Part shown: piece after piece, positions 18,947 through 28,460 of the stretch
Layout of the letters: every line of letters starts with the position of its first letter
Position numbering within the stretch: position 1 is the first letter of the stretch
The notes under the pieces: generated by a model
The model's input: only the letters and a program-made list of their open reading frames with translations
The model's database searches: none
What the model was told of the DNA's origin: nothing
Source of the DNA: Patescibacteria group bacterium
GTDB taxonomy: Bacteria; Patescibacteriota; Patescibacteriia; JAGPKW01
Reading direction: 5' to 3'
Assembly (NCBI GenBank): GCA_021734125.1
Contig: JAIPJN010000003.1
Coordinates: 1-43,063 of the forward strand
Length of the DNA: 43,063 bases
Translations under genes and position numbers: made by a program

Positions 18947-19267
18947 ATGATTACTGTTATAAAGACTGGCGGAAAACAATATAAAGTTAAAGAAGGTGAT
19001 AAAATAAAAATAGAAAAAATTAACCTTAAACCAGAATCAAAATATACTTTTGAAGAAGTTTTATTATTATCAGATGAAGATGGAAGTAATACAGAAATAG
19101 GAAATCCTTTATTAAAAAATGTAAAAGTAGAAGCTACTATATTAGATCAAGGAAAAAATAAAAAAATAAGAGTTGCTAAATATAAAAATAAAATAAGATA
19201 TAATAAAATATACGGACACAAACAACCTTTTACAGAAGTCCAAATAAAAAAAATATCAAAAAATTAA
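18947..19267 (+). CDS. rplU: 50S ribosomal protein bL21
   Basis: VIKTGGKQYKV, GHKQPFT. Confidence 0.97.
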   Translation: MITVIKTGGKQYKVKEGDKIKIEKINLKPESKYTFEEVLLLSDEDGSNTEIGNPLLKNVKVEATILDQGKNKKIRVAKYKNKIRYNKIYGHKQPFTEVQIKKISKN

Positions 19268-19278
19268 ATAAAGTACTC

Positions 19279-19309
19279 AAAAAATAGGAATTATATATTC
19301 CTATTTTTT
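19279..19309 (+). terminator. Intrinsic terminator after rplU
   Basis: AAAAATAGGAAT/ATTCCTATTTTT. Confidence 0.7.
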
Positions 19310-19365
19310 ATTATAATTTTTTCTTTAATCTAGTAATTAAAAAATAAGATTGCTATAATATTACT

Positions 19366-20796
19366 ATGTCTGGTAAAGCTATTGCTAAAAATTCAATTTA
19401 TTTAATAACAGCCTCTATTTTACAAAAAATATTAGCATTTTTTTATTTTGTTGTTTTAACTAGAAATTTACCAACTGAAACTGTTGGAATATATACTTTT
19501 GCTTTGAGTTTTTGTTTTATTTTTGCAGTTTTTATTGATTTTGGTTTTAATAGTTTACTTATTAAAGAAACTGCAAGAGATGAAAAAAATATTAATAAAT
19601 ATGCATCTTATGCAATTTTATTTAAATTAGTCTCAGGTATTTTATTTTGCCTTGTAGGAGCAACTATAGCATATTTTTCTAATTATGATTTTTTAAAATT
19701 ACAAACAGTATTATTAGGTTTTATTTTAGTTTTTATTGATGGGTTTACTACAACATTTTATTCAATATTAAGGGGGAAACAAAAAATATTTTTTGAAAGT
19801 TTAGGTTTATTTTTATATCAATTTTTAATATTTTTATTAGGTTACTTAGCAATAAAAGGAGGTATTACTATTCCAACTTTAATGTTTATTCCTATAATAG
19901 CAATTACTTTTGCATTTTTATTTTCTTTATATTTCTTAAGAAGAGAAACAGAATTTAAGTTTGATAAAAAACTTTCTTGGAAGTTTTTCAAAACTATGTT
20001 TATTATGGCTTTACCATTTGCTGCAACTGGAATATGTACTAAACTTTATAGTTCAATAGACACTGTTTTAATATCAACAATGATAAATGATACAAATGTA
20101 GCTTGGTATCAAGCGGCTTATAAAATAGTTTTTGCTCTTTATTTTATTCCTAATGCTATAGGTGCTGCAATATTCCCTGCTTTTAGTAATTATTTTCAGA
20201 ATAATAAGGAAAAATTAAATATTACTTTTGAAAAAGCATTTTTAATATTATCCATAATGTCTATACCTATGACTTTTGGATTATATGTACTAGCTGAACC
20301 AATTGTTTTGTTAATTTATCCAAATTATATTCCAACAATTCCTGTGCTTAAAACATTTTCTATTATATTTTTCTTTTTATTTTTAAATGTTCCATCAGGT
20401 TTAATATTAAGTTCTTGTAATAAACAAATATTAAATACGAGAAATTCATTTTTATCAATGTTAATTAATATTATTTTAAATATAATATTAATAACCAGAT
20501 ATCAAATAGTAGGCGCTGCAATAGCTTCTGTTATAAGTTTTGTATTTTTATTTTTTATAAATACATATGGTGCAAATAAAATTATAGATATAAAAATTAA
20601 AAAAATATTATCAAATATATTTAGAATAATATTAGCATCTTTTATTATGTCTTTATTTACATACTTTTCTAATATAAATATATTTTTAAATATAGTAATT
20701 TCTAGTGGTATATATTTTATGATGCTTTTTGCATTAAAAGTATTAACAAAAAATCAAATAAAATCTTGGATAAAAATATTTATTAAAAAATCATAA
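19366..20796 (+). CDS. Polysaccharide flippase (Wzx/MOP superfamily)
   Basis: IAKNS, DFGF, ALPF, IDTVLI, Y.AAYK, IFPAFS, many TM helices. Confidence 0.88.
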   Translation: MSGKAIAKNSIYLITASILQKILAFFYFVVLTRNLPTETVGIYTFALSFCFIFAVFIDFGFNSLLIKETARDEKNINKYASYAILFKLVSGILFCLVGATIAYFSNYDFLKLQTVLLGFILVFIDGFTTTFYSILRGKQKIFFESLGLFLYQFLIFLLGYLAIKGGITIPTLMFIPIIAITFAFLFSLYFLRRETEFKFDKKLSWKFFKTMFIMALPFAATGICTKLYSSIDTVLISTMINDTNVAWYQAAYKIVFALYFIPNAIGAAIFPAFSNYFQNNKEKLNITFEKAFLILSIMSIPMTFGLYVLAEPIVLLIYPNYIPTIPVLKTFSIIFFFLFLNVPSGLILSSCNKQILNTRNSFLSMLINIILNIILITRYQIVGAAIASVISFVFLFFINTYGANKIIDIKIKKILSNIFRIILASFIMSLFTYFSNINIFLNIVISSGIYFMMLFALKVLTKNQIKSWIKIFIKKS

Positions 20797-20800
20797 ATAA

Positions 20801-20875
20801 GCACTCATAGTTTAATGGATAAAACATAGGATTGCGGTTCCTAAGATAGAGGTTCGATTCCTCTTGAGTGTACCA
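20801..20875 (+). tRNA. tRNA-Arg(GCG)
   Basis: Acceptor GCACTCA/TGAGTGT-A-CCA, anticodon arm TAGGA-TT-GCG-GT-TCCTA, T loop GTTCGATTC. Confidence 0.93.
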
Positions 20876-20891
20876 AATTAAAATATTTAAT

Positions 20892-20933
20892 AAAAAAAGG
20901 AGCCGAATTTAAGTTTTTTTACTTAAATCCGGC
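20892..20933 (-). terminator. Intrinsic terminator downstream of the 21046 ORF
   Basis: Minus strand GCCGGATTTAAGT..ACTTAAATTCGGC followed by TCC and T7. Confidence 0.65.
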
Positions 20934-21045
20934 ATATTTTGGTTATTCTGAACCACAGGAAAATTATTTTATGGCTAATAATTTTCAGTTAAACCTCCTA
21001 GACAGTATCACCAGTATAATACTTCTAGAATCACCTTTTTCAAAT

Positions 21046-21444
21046 TTACCAGATTAAGGTAAATTGATCAGATGCCACCTTTTCAGATGGTCTGGAGCGC
21101 TGAGTCTCCGGAGTAGCATTATATGCTACCATCTTCCCTTTAGGTAAATCAGCAAATTGATCTACTAAAGTTGAAAAAAGTGCAGGAACTAGGACAAAAT
21201 CCACGTCCTTTCGAGATAGAATCTCTGAAAGAACGGATTTTCCTTCTTCCTCTAAAACCTTTTTAAAGGTTATTAGAGAAAAAAGTCCTTTTTGTCCAAT
21301 TTTTTCGCTCTCATTTTTGAGAGTAAAAAACTGAACAAGTTCCTTGGAACAAGGTCCTACTTCTTCCCCAGTCCAAAACATTGTTGGATGTGGAGAGAGG
21401 GAGACGATCCTCATTCCGGCAACCACTGAAATATTTAATTCCAT
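21046..21444 (-). CDS. Hypothetical protein, GC-richer than surroundings
   Basis: 132-aa ORF, AGGAGG at 21450-21455, own promoter and terminator. Confidence 0.75.
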   Translation of the reverse strand: MELNISVVAGMRIVSLSPHPTMFWTGEEVGPCSKELVQFFTLKNESEKIGQKGLFSLITFKKVLEEEGKSVLSEILSRKDVDFVLVPALFSTLVDQFADLPKGKMVAYNATPETQRSRPSEKVASDQFTLIW

Positions 21445-21541
21445 AGTTGCCTCCTTTTTTTTAAAATATTATCTTTAATATAGACTGGCTATATAAGATA
21501 AACGACCCAACGGGCCGATAGTTTTTAAAAACTATATAAAT

Positions 21542-21570
21542 ACTATAACATATTTTATACAAAATGTCAA
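21542..21570 (-). promoter_or_regulatory. sigma70 promoter of the 21046 ORF
   Basis: TTGACA-N17-TATAGT with extended -10 TG. Confidence 0.75.
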
Positions 21571-21638
21571 TGTATTTTGATAATATGTATGGAGATATGG
21601 TGGATTTTTATATAAAATAACATTAATTATAAAAATTG

Positions 21639-21925
21639 GTAGGAACGCGCCGTGGCACGTTCCTACATGAATTGTGAAATTTCAAATTAAACGGGCGTAT
21701 AATATGCGCCCGATAAATAAAATATTAAAATATAATTTATAAAAAATATATATAAAAAATGTGCGTAATTTTATTAAATAACATTAATAAAATTAAATGG
21801 GCGCACAATGTGCGCCCCTACATGAATTGTGAAATAAAACGATAATTTTTAAATTAAACGGGCGCACGCTTTTCGTGGAAAGCGCCGTGGCGCGTTCCCA
21901 CATGAATTGTTAAATAAAATAATAA
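21639..21925. repeat. BIME-like mosaic cluster of four REP-like palindromes
   Basis: B at 21639-21666, A variant at 21692-21712, inverted A at 21799-21821, A/B chimera at 21859-21901. Three CATGAATTGT linkers. Confidence 0.9.
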
Positions 21926-22025
21926 AAATACACATTAAAATTACATACATTTTTTATATAAAAATATTAACAATTTATGATATACTGTAAAATAATAAAA
22001 TAAAATTAAAATTAATTTGAAACAA

Positions 22026-22643
22026 ATGTATATAATCTTTGATACAGAAACCGTTGGTTTACCCAATAATTGGAATGCTCCTTTTTCAGATCTAGAAAAC
22101 TGGCCTAGAATGGTACAGATCGCTTGGATGATATTTAACGAAAATAAAACATTAATAAAAAGAGCAAATAAAATAATAAAACCAGAAGGTTTTACAATTC
22201 CTGAAGAAATAGCAAAGATTCATAGAATAACAACAGAAAGAGCTATAGAGGAAGGATACGATTTAAAAGAAGTCTTGTTAGAATTTAATGAAGATATAGA
22301 AAATAATGATTATTTAATAGCTCATAATATAGCTTTTGATGAAGCAATAATATCATCAGAGTTTTTAAGAAAAGAAATGGAAAGTAATTTAAATAGCATA
22401 GAAAAAATTTGCACAATGAAAGAATCAAGAGAATTTTTTAAAAGAAGAACAGGAAAAGAAAAATGGGCAAAATTAACAGAATTATATATAGAGTTATTTG
22501 GTGAAACCTTTGAAGATGCTCATGATGCTCTAGTTGATGTAAAAGCATGCGCTAAATGTTATTTTGAAATGGTAGATAAAGGAATAATAGAAAAAAAAAT
22601 TAGGAAAGATATTCCTAAAAATACTCAAAATAGTTTATTTTAA
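22026..22643 (+). CDS. DEDDh 3'-5' exonuclease (DnaQ-like)
   Basis: FDTETVG, WPRMVQIAW, AHNIAFD, AHDALVDV. ATG 22026 preferred over TTG 22017. Confidence 0.92.
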   Translation: MYIIFDTETVGLPNNWNAPFSDLENWPRMVQIAWMIFNENKTLIKRANKIIKPEGFTIPEEIAKIHRITTERAIEEGYDLKEVLLEFNEDIENNDYLIAHNIAFDEAIISSEFLRKEMESNLNSIEKICTMKESREFFKRRTGKEKWAKLTELYIELFGETFEDAHDALVDVKACAKCYFEMVDKGIIEKKIRKDIPKNTQNSLF

Positions 22644-23177
22644 TTATTTATCAAGCCTTAATACAAAATTATTATAACCAGAAACCCAAATTTCTAAAAA
22701 TCCAGTATTTTGTAAAAAATCTTTATAATTATCTTTAAATTTATAGAAAAAAAGATCAGGCTGAGCTCCTAAATTATCTAATAATAAAATTAGATCTTTT
22801 TTTGTTTTATTTTCATATTTATTAGCTTTTTTAGAAATAACACCTTTTAAATTTTGAGAAAATTTAGGAAGAGTTACTTTTCTAGCAAATAATTTATTTT
22901 GAAATAAATTTCTAAAATTATTATTTTTTTTATAATTTACATATCTACCAAATTCAGCAGAATAATTAGGATCACACTTAGTAACTTGAATTTTTAATCT
23001 AGGAAGATCAGAATTTGAATAACAATAAACATCAACTTCATTTATACCATCTTTTGTATTTTCCCACTCATTTTTCTCTATTTCGTAATAATCAGTGCTA
23101 TTTTTTTCATTGTACACTTTTATAAACCTTTTTACTGCTTCAATTTCAGATATATATTTAACATCATTATGTAACAT
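22644..23177 (-). CDS. Hypothetical protein, possible restriction-endonuclease-like fold
   Basis: 177-aa ORF directly downstream of hisS, with an E..VD..KIQVT pattern. Confidence 0.6.
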   Translation of the reverse strand: MLHNDVKYISEIEAVKRFIKVYNEKNSTDYYEIEKNEWENTKDGINEVDVYCYSNSDLPRLKIQVTKCDPNYSAEFGRYVNYKKNNNFRNLFQNKLFARKVTLPKFSQNLKGVISKKANKYENKTKKDLILLLDNLGAQPDLFFYKFKDNYKDFLQNTGFLEIWVSGYNNFVLRLDK

Positions 23178-23182
23178 AAAAA

Positions 23183-24496
23183 TTATGAAAGTTTTTTAAT
23201 TAATTTATCAATATTTAAAATAAATTGTTCACCACTTTTCATATTTTTTAAAGTATAATTACTATTATTTTCCTCATTTTCACCAATTATCACAATATAA
23301 GGAACACCTATTTTATTAGCATACTCTAATTTATTTTTAAGATTTTTTTCATTTTCAAAAATAGAGGCATTTATATTATTTTCTCTCAATTTAGTTATTA
23401 AATTTAAAGAATAAGAAATTCTATTTTTGTCCATAGGTAAAATTAAAACTTTAGAAATACTATAATCTACATTTTTTATAAGTTTTAAATCTCTTAAAGC
23501 ATAAAATAATCTATTTAAACCAATAGACATACCAACTCCTGGATATTTTTCATTACCATATAAGTCACACAAATTATCGTATCTTCCACCTGAAGCAATA
23601 GAACCAATTTCTTTATCATTTTTCAAAAAAGTTTCAAAAACAGTTCCTGTATAATAATCTAAACCCCTTACTATAGATAAATCAATTTCATAATGACTTT
23701 CAGGTAAATTTAAATCTTTTAAATATGAAATTACAGTTGATAATTCTTCAACACCGTCTTGCATTAAAGAATTATTTACATTAAAAGTTCTTAAATTTTC
23801 AAGAACATTATTTCCTTTTGATAATTTTATAAAATTAAAAATTTTTTCTATATCTTCATCTTTAATATTTAAAGCTTTTAACTGTTTTTTAGCCTCTTTT
23901 TTAGAAATTTTATTTAATTTATCTATAATTAACATTACTTTATCTGTTTTGTCTGTAAAATCTTTTAAAAAACCTAACAATATCTTTCTATTATTTATTT
24001 TTATGATAAATTTATTTTTAATATCTAAATTAATAAGAGTTTTATAAATTAAATTAATAATATCAGCATCATTCAAAAAAGATAAATTATTTTTTGAAAT
24101 AATATCAGCATCACATTGATAAAATTCTCTATACCTTCCTTTTTGTGGTCTTTCTCCTCTAAAACTTTTCCCTATTTCATATCTTCTAAAAGGAAAATTA
24201 ATATCATTTTTAGAGAAAACAACATATTTAGCAAAAGGAACAGTTAAATCAAATCTTAAAGCTAAATCATTATTACCTTTTTGAAATTTATAAATTTCTT
24301 TTTCAGTGTCAGGAGAAACTTTAGCAAGTAAAACTGAACTTCTATCTATAACAGGAGTATCCGTTGGTTCAAATCCAAAAAGTTCATAACTATTTCGAAT
24401 AATATCTTTTATTTTATTAAATAATATTTGATCAGAAGGAGAAAGTGCTATTATACCTGATAAAGATTTTAATTTTTTATTTTGAGCCATATTCAT
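23183..24496 (-). CDS. hisS: Histidine--tRNA ligase
   Basis: LRFDLTVP, FRGERPQKGRYREFYQCD, VRGLDYYTG, GGRYD. Confidence 0.97.
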   Translation of the reverse strand: MNMAQNKKLKSLSGIIALSPSDQILFNKIKDIIRNSYELFGFEPTDTPVIDRSSVLLAKVSPDTEKEIYKFQKGNNDLALRFDLTVPFAKYVVFSKNDINFPFRRYEIGKSFRGERPQKGRYREFYQCDADIISKNNLSFLNDADIINLIYKTLINLDIKNKFIIKINNRKILLGFLKDFTDKTDKVMLIIDKLNKISKKEAKKQLKALNIKDEDIEKIFNFIKLSKGNNVLENLRTFNVNNSLMQDGVEELSTVISYLKDLNLPESHYEIDLSIVRGLDYYTGTVFETFLKNDKEIGSIASGGRYDNLCDLYGNEKYPGVGMSIGLNRLFYALRDLKLIKNVDYSISKVLILPMDKNRISYSLNLITKLRENNINASIFENEKNLKNKLEYANKIGVPYIVIIGENEENNSNYTLKNMKSGEQFILNIDKLIKKLS

Positions 24497-24578
24497 ATTT
24501 TGTTAACAATTTATTCTTAATTTTACCAAAAATATATTATAATTAAAACAAGTACTGAAAAAATAATATAAAAATAAA

Positions 24579-27500
24579 ATGAATAAAAAAAATTTTAAAG
24601 ATAGATTAAATTTTTTAAACAAAAAACAAAAGGAAGCTGTTGATAATATATATGGACCATTATTAGTAGTTGCTGGCCCAGGAACAGGAAAAACAGAACT
24701 TTTAGGAGTTAGAGTGGCAAATATTTTAGACAAAACTGATACAAATCCCTCTTCAATTTTATGTTTAACATTTACAGAATCAGCCTCAATTAATATGAGA
24801 GAAAGATTAACAGGTTTAATAGGAAAAGATGCATATAAAGTGAATATAAATACATTTCATGCTTTTTGTTCTGAAGTAATAAATTCATATCCAGAATTTT
24901 TCTATAATGGAGCTACATACAAACCTCTTGAAGATATAAGACAAATAGAAATAATAGAAAGAATTATAATAAAAAAATTAAAGCATAGTTCTAATTTTAG
25001 GAGCAAAGTTCCCTCTCAAGGATATACATATATCAAAGATGTTTTAAATAGAATAAAAGAATTAAAAAAAGCAGGTATAAGGAGTGAAGATTTTTTAAAA
25101 ATTATAAAAGAAAACAATAAATTTGAAATTGAATTTAATAAATTATTAGATAAATATCTAACAGGTGTAAATTTTAATAGCTATAAAAAAGTAATTTCTT
25201 TATTTGAAGAAATATTAAAAGAAACTTATAAGATAAAAATAAGCGAAGAAAAAATTAAAGGTTTTGAACCTTTAAAAAATTCAATTTTAAGAAAAATTGA
25301 ATTAGCAATAGAAGATGCTAAAGAAATTGAAAAAACTGGACCACTTACTAAAATAAAAAAGGATTTATTCGTAAAAGATAAAGAAGATGTAACTAAATTT
25401 ATATTAAAATCTAGCTCAAATTATGAAAATTATTTAGATCTTGCCATAGTATATCAAGAATATAAAAAAGAGTGCGAAAAACTAGGTTTTTTTGACTTTG
25501 AAGACATGATAATAGATGTAGTTACAGAATTAGAAAATAATGATGAACTAAAATATAATCTTCAAGAAAAATATCAGTTTATACTAATAGATGAATTTCA
25601 AGATACAAACTATTCTCAAATGGAGATAGTAAGAAATTTAACAGATAATAAAATTTTGACGCCAAATGTAATGGCTGTTGGAGATGATGATCAGTCTATA
25701 TATAAATTTCAAGGTGCAAGTATGAAAAATATGGCTGATTTTATAGAAAATTATAAAGATACAAAAGTAATAATATTAGATGAAAATTATAGATCAACAA
25801 GTGAAATATTAGAATATTCCAGAAACACAATAGAATTTGCAGAAGACAGATTAGTTAATATAAAACCAGAATTTTCAAAAAAATTAATAGCAAGTAATAA
25901 AAAAATTAAAAAAGGAAATATTAAAGAAGTTGAATTTAATTCAGAAAATGAGGAATATTTATATATAGCTTTAAAAGTAAAAGAAATACCAAAAAATGAA
26001 AGTATTGCAATAATATCTAGAACTCATAAAAATTTAGAGAAAATTTCTAAAATTTTTGACCAAGAAAATATAGATTTTGAATATGAGAAAAAGAGTAATC
26101 TTTCTTCTGAAAAGAATATAAAGCAGATTTTAACTATAATAAAATTTTTAGACTCTATAATAGATAAAAAAATAGATAAAGATTATTTACTTCCAGAAAT
26201 ATTAACCTATGAATTTTTTGAAATTTCAAATGAAGAAATTTGGAAATTTGCAGAATTTGCAAAGAATACTAAAAATTGGAATGAAAGCTGGTTTTCTTTA
26301 ATGAAGAATTATAATAATGAAAAAATAAAAGAAATACATAAATTTTTTATGGACTTGTCAGCAGAAGTAAAAAGAAAAACAGCTGAAGAAATACTTGATT
26401 ATATTATAGGAAATGAAGAGTTAAATGGGTATAAGTCAAATTATAAAGAATATTATTTTTCTAGTTTTAATAATAAAAAAGATAAACTAAATTATTTAGT
26501 AAATCTTTTAAATTTACAGGGATTATTTAGTAAAATAAGAGAATATTCAGATAAAGATACTTTATATATAGATCAAATAGTACGGTTTATAGAACTTTAT
26601 GAAGAGCATAAGATGAATATAGAAATAAGCGATAGGATTAAAACTGGTGATAATAATTTAGTATTATTAAGTGCTCATAAAGCGAAAGGTTTGGAATTTG
26701 ATAATGTTTTTATAATTCACTGTAATTCAAAAGAATGGGATGCAAATAAAAGTGGTAAAATACCGCTTCCATTTAATATGCCACTTAGTCCAGAAAAGGA
26801 TAATTTAAATGATAAATCTAGATTATTTTACGTTGCAGAAACAAGAGCTAAAAGTAATTTATATTTAACAAGAACTATATATAATAAAGGCAAAGAACAA
26901 GAAAAATTGAGTTTTTTATATGATCCAAAAATAGAAGGTGAAATTAAAAAAACCGATGAAAATTATTTAGCAAAAAGAGAAGAAATTGGTAGAAAAATTT
27001 ATTTACCTAATTTAAATAATTATAAAGAAAAAGAGCTTATAAAGCCTTTTGTTGAAGATTATAAATTAAGTGTTACTCATCTACAAAATTTTATAGACCT
27101 TAATTATGGAGGTCCAGATAATTTTTTAGAAAATAGTTTATTTAGATTTCCAAAAGCAAAAAATGCTCAATCATCTTATGGAACTTCTATTCATAATACT
27201 TTTAAAGAATTTTATAATATTTTTACTAAAAATAAAAAACTTCCAGAAGTTTCCTTGCTTATAAAATTATTTGAAAAAAATTTAAAGTTACAAAGATTAA
27301 ATCCTGATGATTATAATACTTATTATAAAAAAGGAAAAGAAGAATTGGATAGATATTATAAGATAAATAAAAATAAATTAAATTATACAGATATAGTTGA
27401 AAGGGATTTTAAAAATCAAGGAGTAGAAGTTGATGGTTGTATTTTAACTGGTAAAATTGATAGATTTTCTATAAATGAACAAGAAAAAACTATAAAAGTT

Positions 27501-27854
27501 TTTGATTATAAAACTGGAAAGATATTTAGAGATTGGAATAAAGGATTAGAAGGTAATGATAAAATGAAAGCTTTTAAATATAAAAATCAATTAGTTTTTT
27601 ATAAATTATTGATTGAAAATTCGAAAGATTATAGTAAATATAAAGTTTTAGAGGGTGAAATAGAATTTTTATCTGCAAAAAATGAAAAAAATATGAATTT
27701 ATCTTATTCTATTTTAGAAGAGGATGTAATATTTTTAAAAAAATTAATAAAAACAGTATATAGGAGTATTATAAATTTAGATTTTCCTGACACCAGTTCT
27801 TATTCTCCGACATATTCTGGATCAATGAAATTTATTGAAGATTTAATAAAATAA
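24579..27854 (+). CDS. UvrD/PcrA-family helicase with C-terminal PD-(D/E)XK nuclease domain
   Basis: AGPGTGKT, IDEFQD, VGDDDQSIY, ENYRS, HKAKGLEF, RLFYVAETRA, then GKIDR..DYKTG..QL.FY. Confidence 0.93.
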   Translation: MNKKNFKDRLNFLNKKQKEAVDNIYGPLLVVAGPGTGKTELLGVRVANILDKTDTNPSSILCLTFTESASINMRERLTGLIGKDAYKVNINTFHAFCSEVINSYPEFFYNGATYKPLEDIRQIEIIERIIIKKLKHSSNFRSKVPSQGYTYIKDVLNRIKELKKAGIRSEDFLKIIKENNKFEIEFNKLLDKYLTGVNFNSYKKVISLFEEILKETYKIKISEEKIKGFEPLKNSILRKIELAIEDAKEIEKTGPLTKIKKDLFVKDKEDVTKFILKSSSNYENYLDLAIVYQEYKKECEKLGFFDFEDMIIDVVTELENNDELKYNLQEKYQFILIDEFQDTNYSQMEIVRNLTDNKILTPNVMAVGDDDQSIYKFQGASMKNMADFIENYKDTKVIILDENYRSTSEILEYSRNTIEFAEDRLVNIKPEFSKKLIASNKKIKKGNIKEVEFNSENEEYLYIALKVKEIPKNESIAIISRTHKNLEKISKIFDQENIDFEYEKKSNLSSEKNIKQILTIIKFLDSIIDKKIDKDYLLPEILTYEFFEISNEEIWKFAEFAKNTKNWNESWFSLMKNYNNEKIKEIHKFFMDLSAEVKRKTAEEILDYIIGNEELNGYKSNYKEYYFSSFNNKKDKLNYLVNLLNLQGLFSKIREYSDKDTLYIDQIVRFIELYEEHKMNIEISDRIKTGDNNLVLLSAHKAKGLEFDNVFIIHCNSKEWDANKSGKIPLPFNMPLSPEKDNLNDKSRLFYVAETRAKSNLYLTRTIYNKGKEQEKLSFLYDPKIEGEIKKTDENYLAKREEIGRKIYLPNLNNYKEKELIKPFVEDYKLSVTHLQNFIDLNYGGPDNFLENSLFRFPKAKNAQSSYGTSIHNTFKEFYNIFTKNKKLPEVSLLIKLFEKNLKLQRLNPDDYNTYYKKGKEELDRYYKINKNKLNYTDIVERDFKNQGVEVDGCILTGKIDRFSINEQEKTIKVFDYKTGKIFRDWNKGLEGNDKMKAFKYKNQLVFYKLLIENSKDYSKYKVLEGEIEFLSAKNEKNMNLSYSILEEDVIFLKKLIKTVYRSIINLDFPDTSSYSPTYSGSMKFIEDLIK

Positions 27855-27878
27855 TTAAAACGATAATTTTTAAACAAC

Positions 27879-27973
27879 GTGGGAACGCGCCGTGGCGCGT
27901 TCCCACATGAATTGTGAATAAATATTATTTTAATTATGATTAAATATATTGTAGGGGCGCACATTGTGCGCCC
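27879..27973 (+). repeat. REP-like cluster: family B (27879-27906) plus family A (27951-27973)
   Basis: GTGGGAACGCGCCGTGGCGCGTTCCCAC and GTAGGGGCGCACATTGTGCGCCC, with CATGAATTGT linkers at 27906 and 27984. Confidence 0.9.
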
Positions 27974-28077
27974 GCAAATAAAACATGAATTGTAAAATAA
28001 AACAATATTTTAAAATAAAACGTATATAAAATCATGTATAAAAAAACATGCAAATTTATATAAAATCATTCACAAAA

Positions 28078-28106
28078 TTGACAAATATTAAAGTATATGA
28101 TATAAA
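28078..28106 (+). promoter_or_regulatory. sigma70 promoter of the small membrane protein gene
   Basis: TTGACA-N17-TATAAA with extended -10 TG. Confidence 0.75.
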
Positions 28107-28138
28107 TATAATCATAATTTTAATAAGGAGGATACATA

Positions 28139-28312
28139 ATGGAAATAAATATTTTATTTATTTTCTCTATAATATTTATAATTGGAGCTTTGTTAGATGG
28201 GTTGAATTTCAAACTTTCTAAAAAGAAAGATTATAAGTATTGTATGAATTTCAAAATTATAGGAGGGTTTGGATTTCTATCCTTATTTACTTTAATAAGG
28301 ATATTTACATAA
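28139..28312 (+). CDS. Small two-TM protein, 57 aa (not in ORF track)
   Basis: MEINILFIFSIIFIIGALLDGLNFKLSKKKDYKYCMNFKIIGGFGFLSLFTLIRIFT*, AGGAGG at 28126-28131. Confidence 0.75.
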   Translation: MEINILFIFSIIFIIGALLDGLNFKLSKKKDYKYCMNFKIIGGFGFLSLFTLIRIFT

Positions 28313-28314
28313 AT

Positions 28315-28350
28315 AAGCGTCAGTTTGTAATGAATTGACGCTTTTTCTTT
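28315..28350 (+). terminator. Intrinsic terminator
   Basis: AAGCGTCAGTT..AATTGACGCTT followed by a T run. Confidence 0.75.
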
Positions 28351-28385
28351 ACTAAAAAATTAAGTTATGATATATTATCAAATAT

Positions 28386-28460
28386 TGGGAAGTGGCCAAA
28401 TGGTAAGGCAGCTGGTTTTGGTCCAGAAGATTGGGGGTTCGATTCCCTCCTTCCCAGCCA
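28386..28460 (+). tRNA. tRNA-Gln(TTG)
   Basis: TGGGAAG/CTTCCCA-G-CCA, anticodon loop TT-TTG-GT, T loop GTTCGATTC. Confidence 0.95.

Noticed and set aside
18947-19309. rplU not followed by rpmA
   Set aside because: Operon splitting is ordinary in reduced genomes, and absence cannot be judged from one window.
21639-21925. Possible CRISPR array
   Set aside because: Repeats belong to different families and orientations, spacing is irregular, spacers share motifs, and no cas genes are present.
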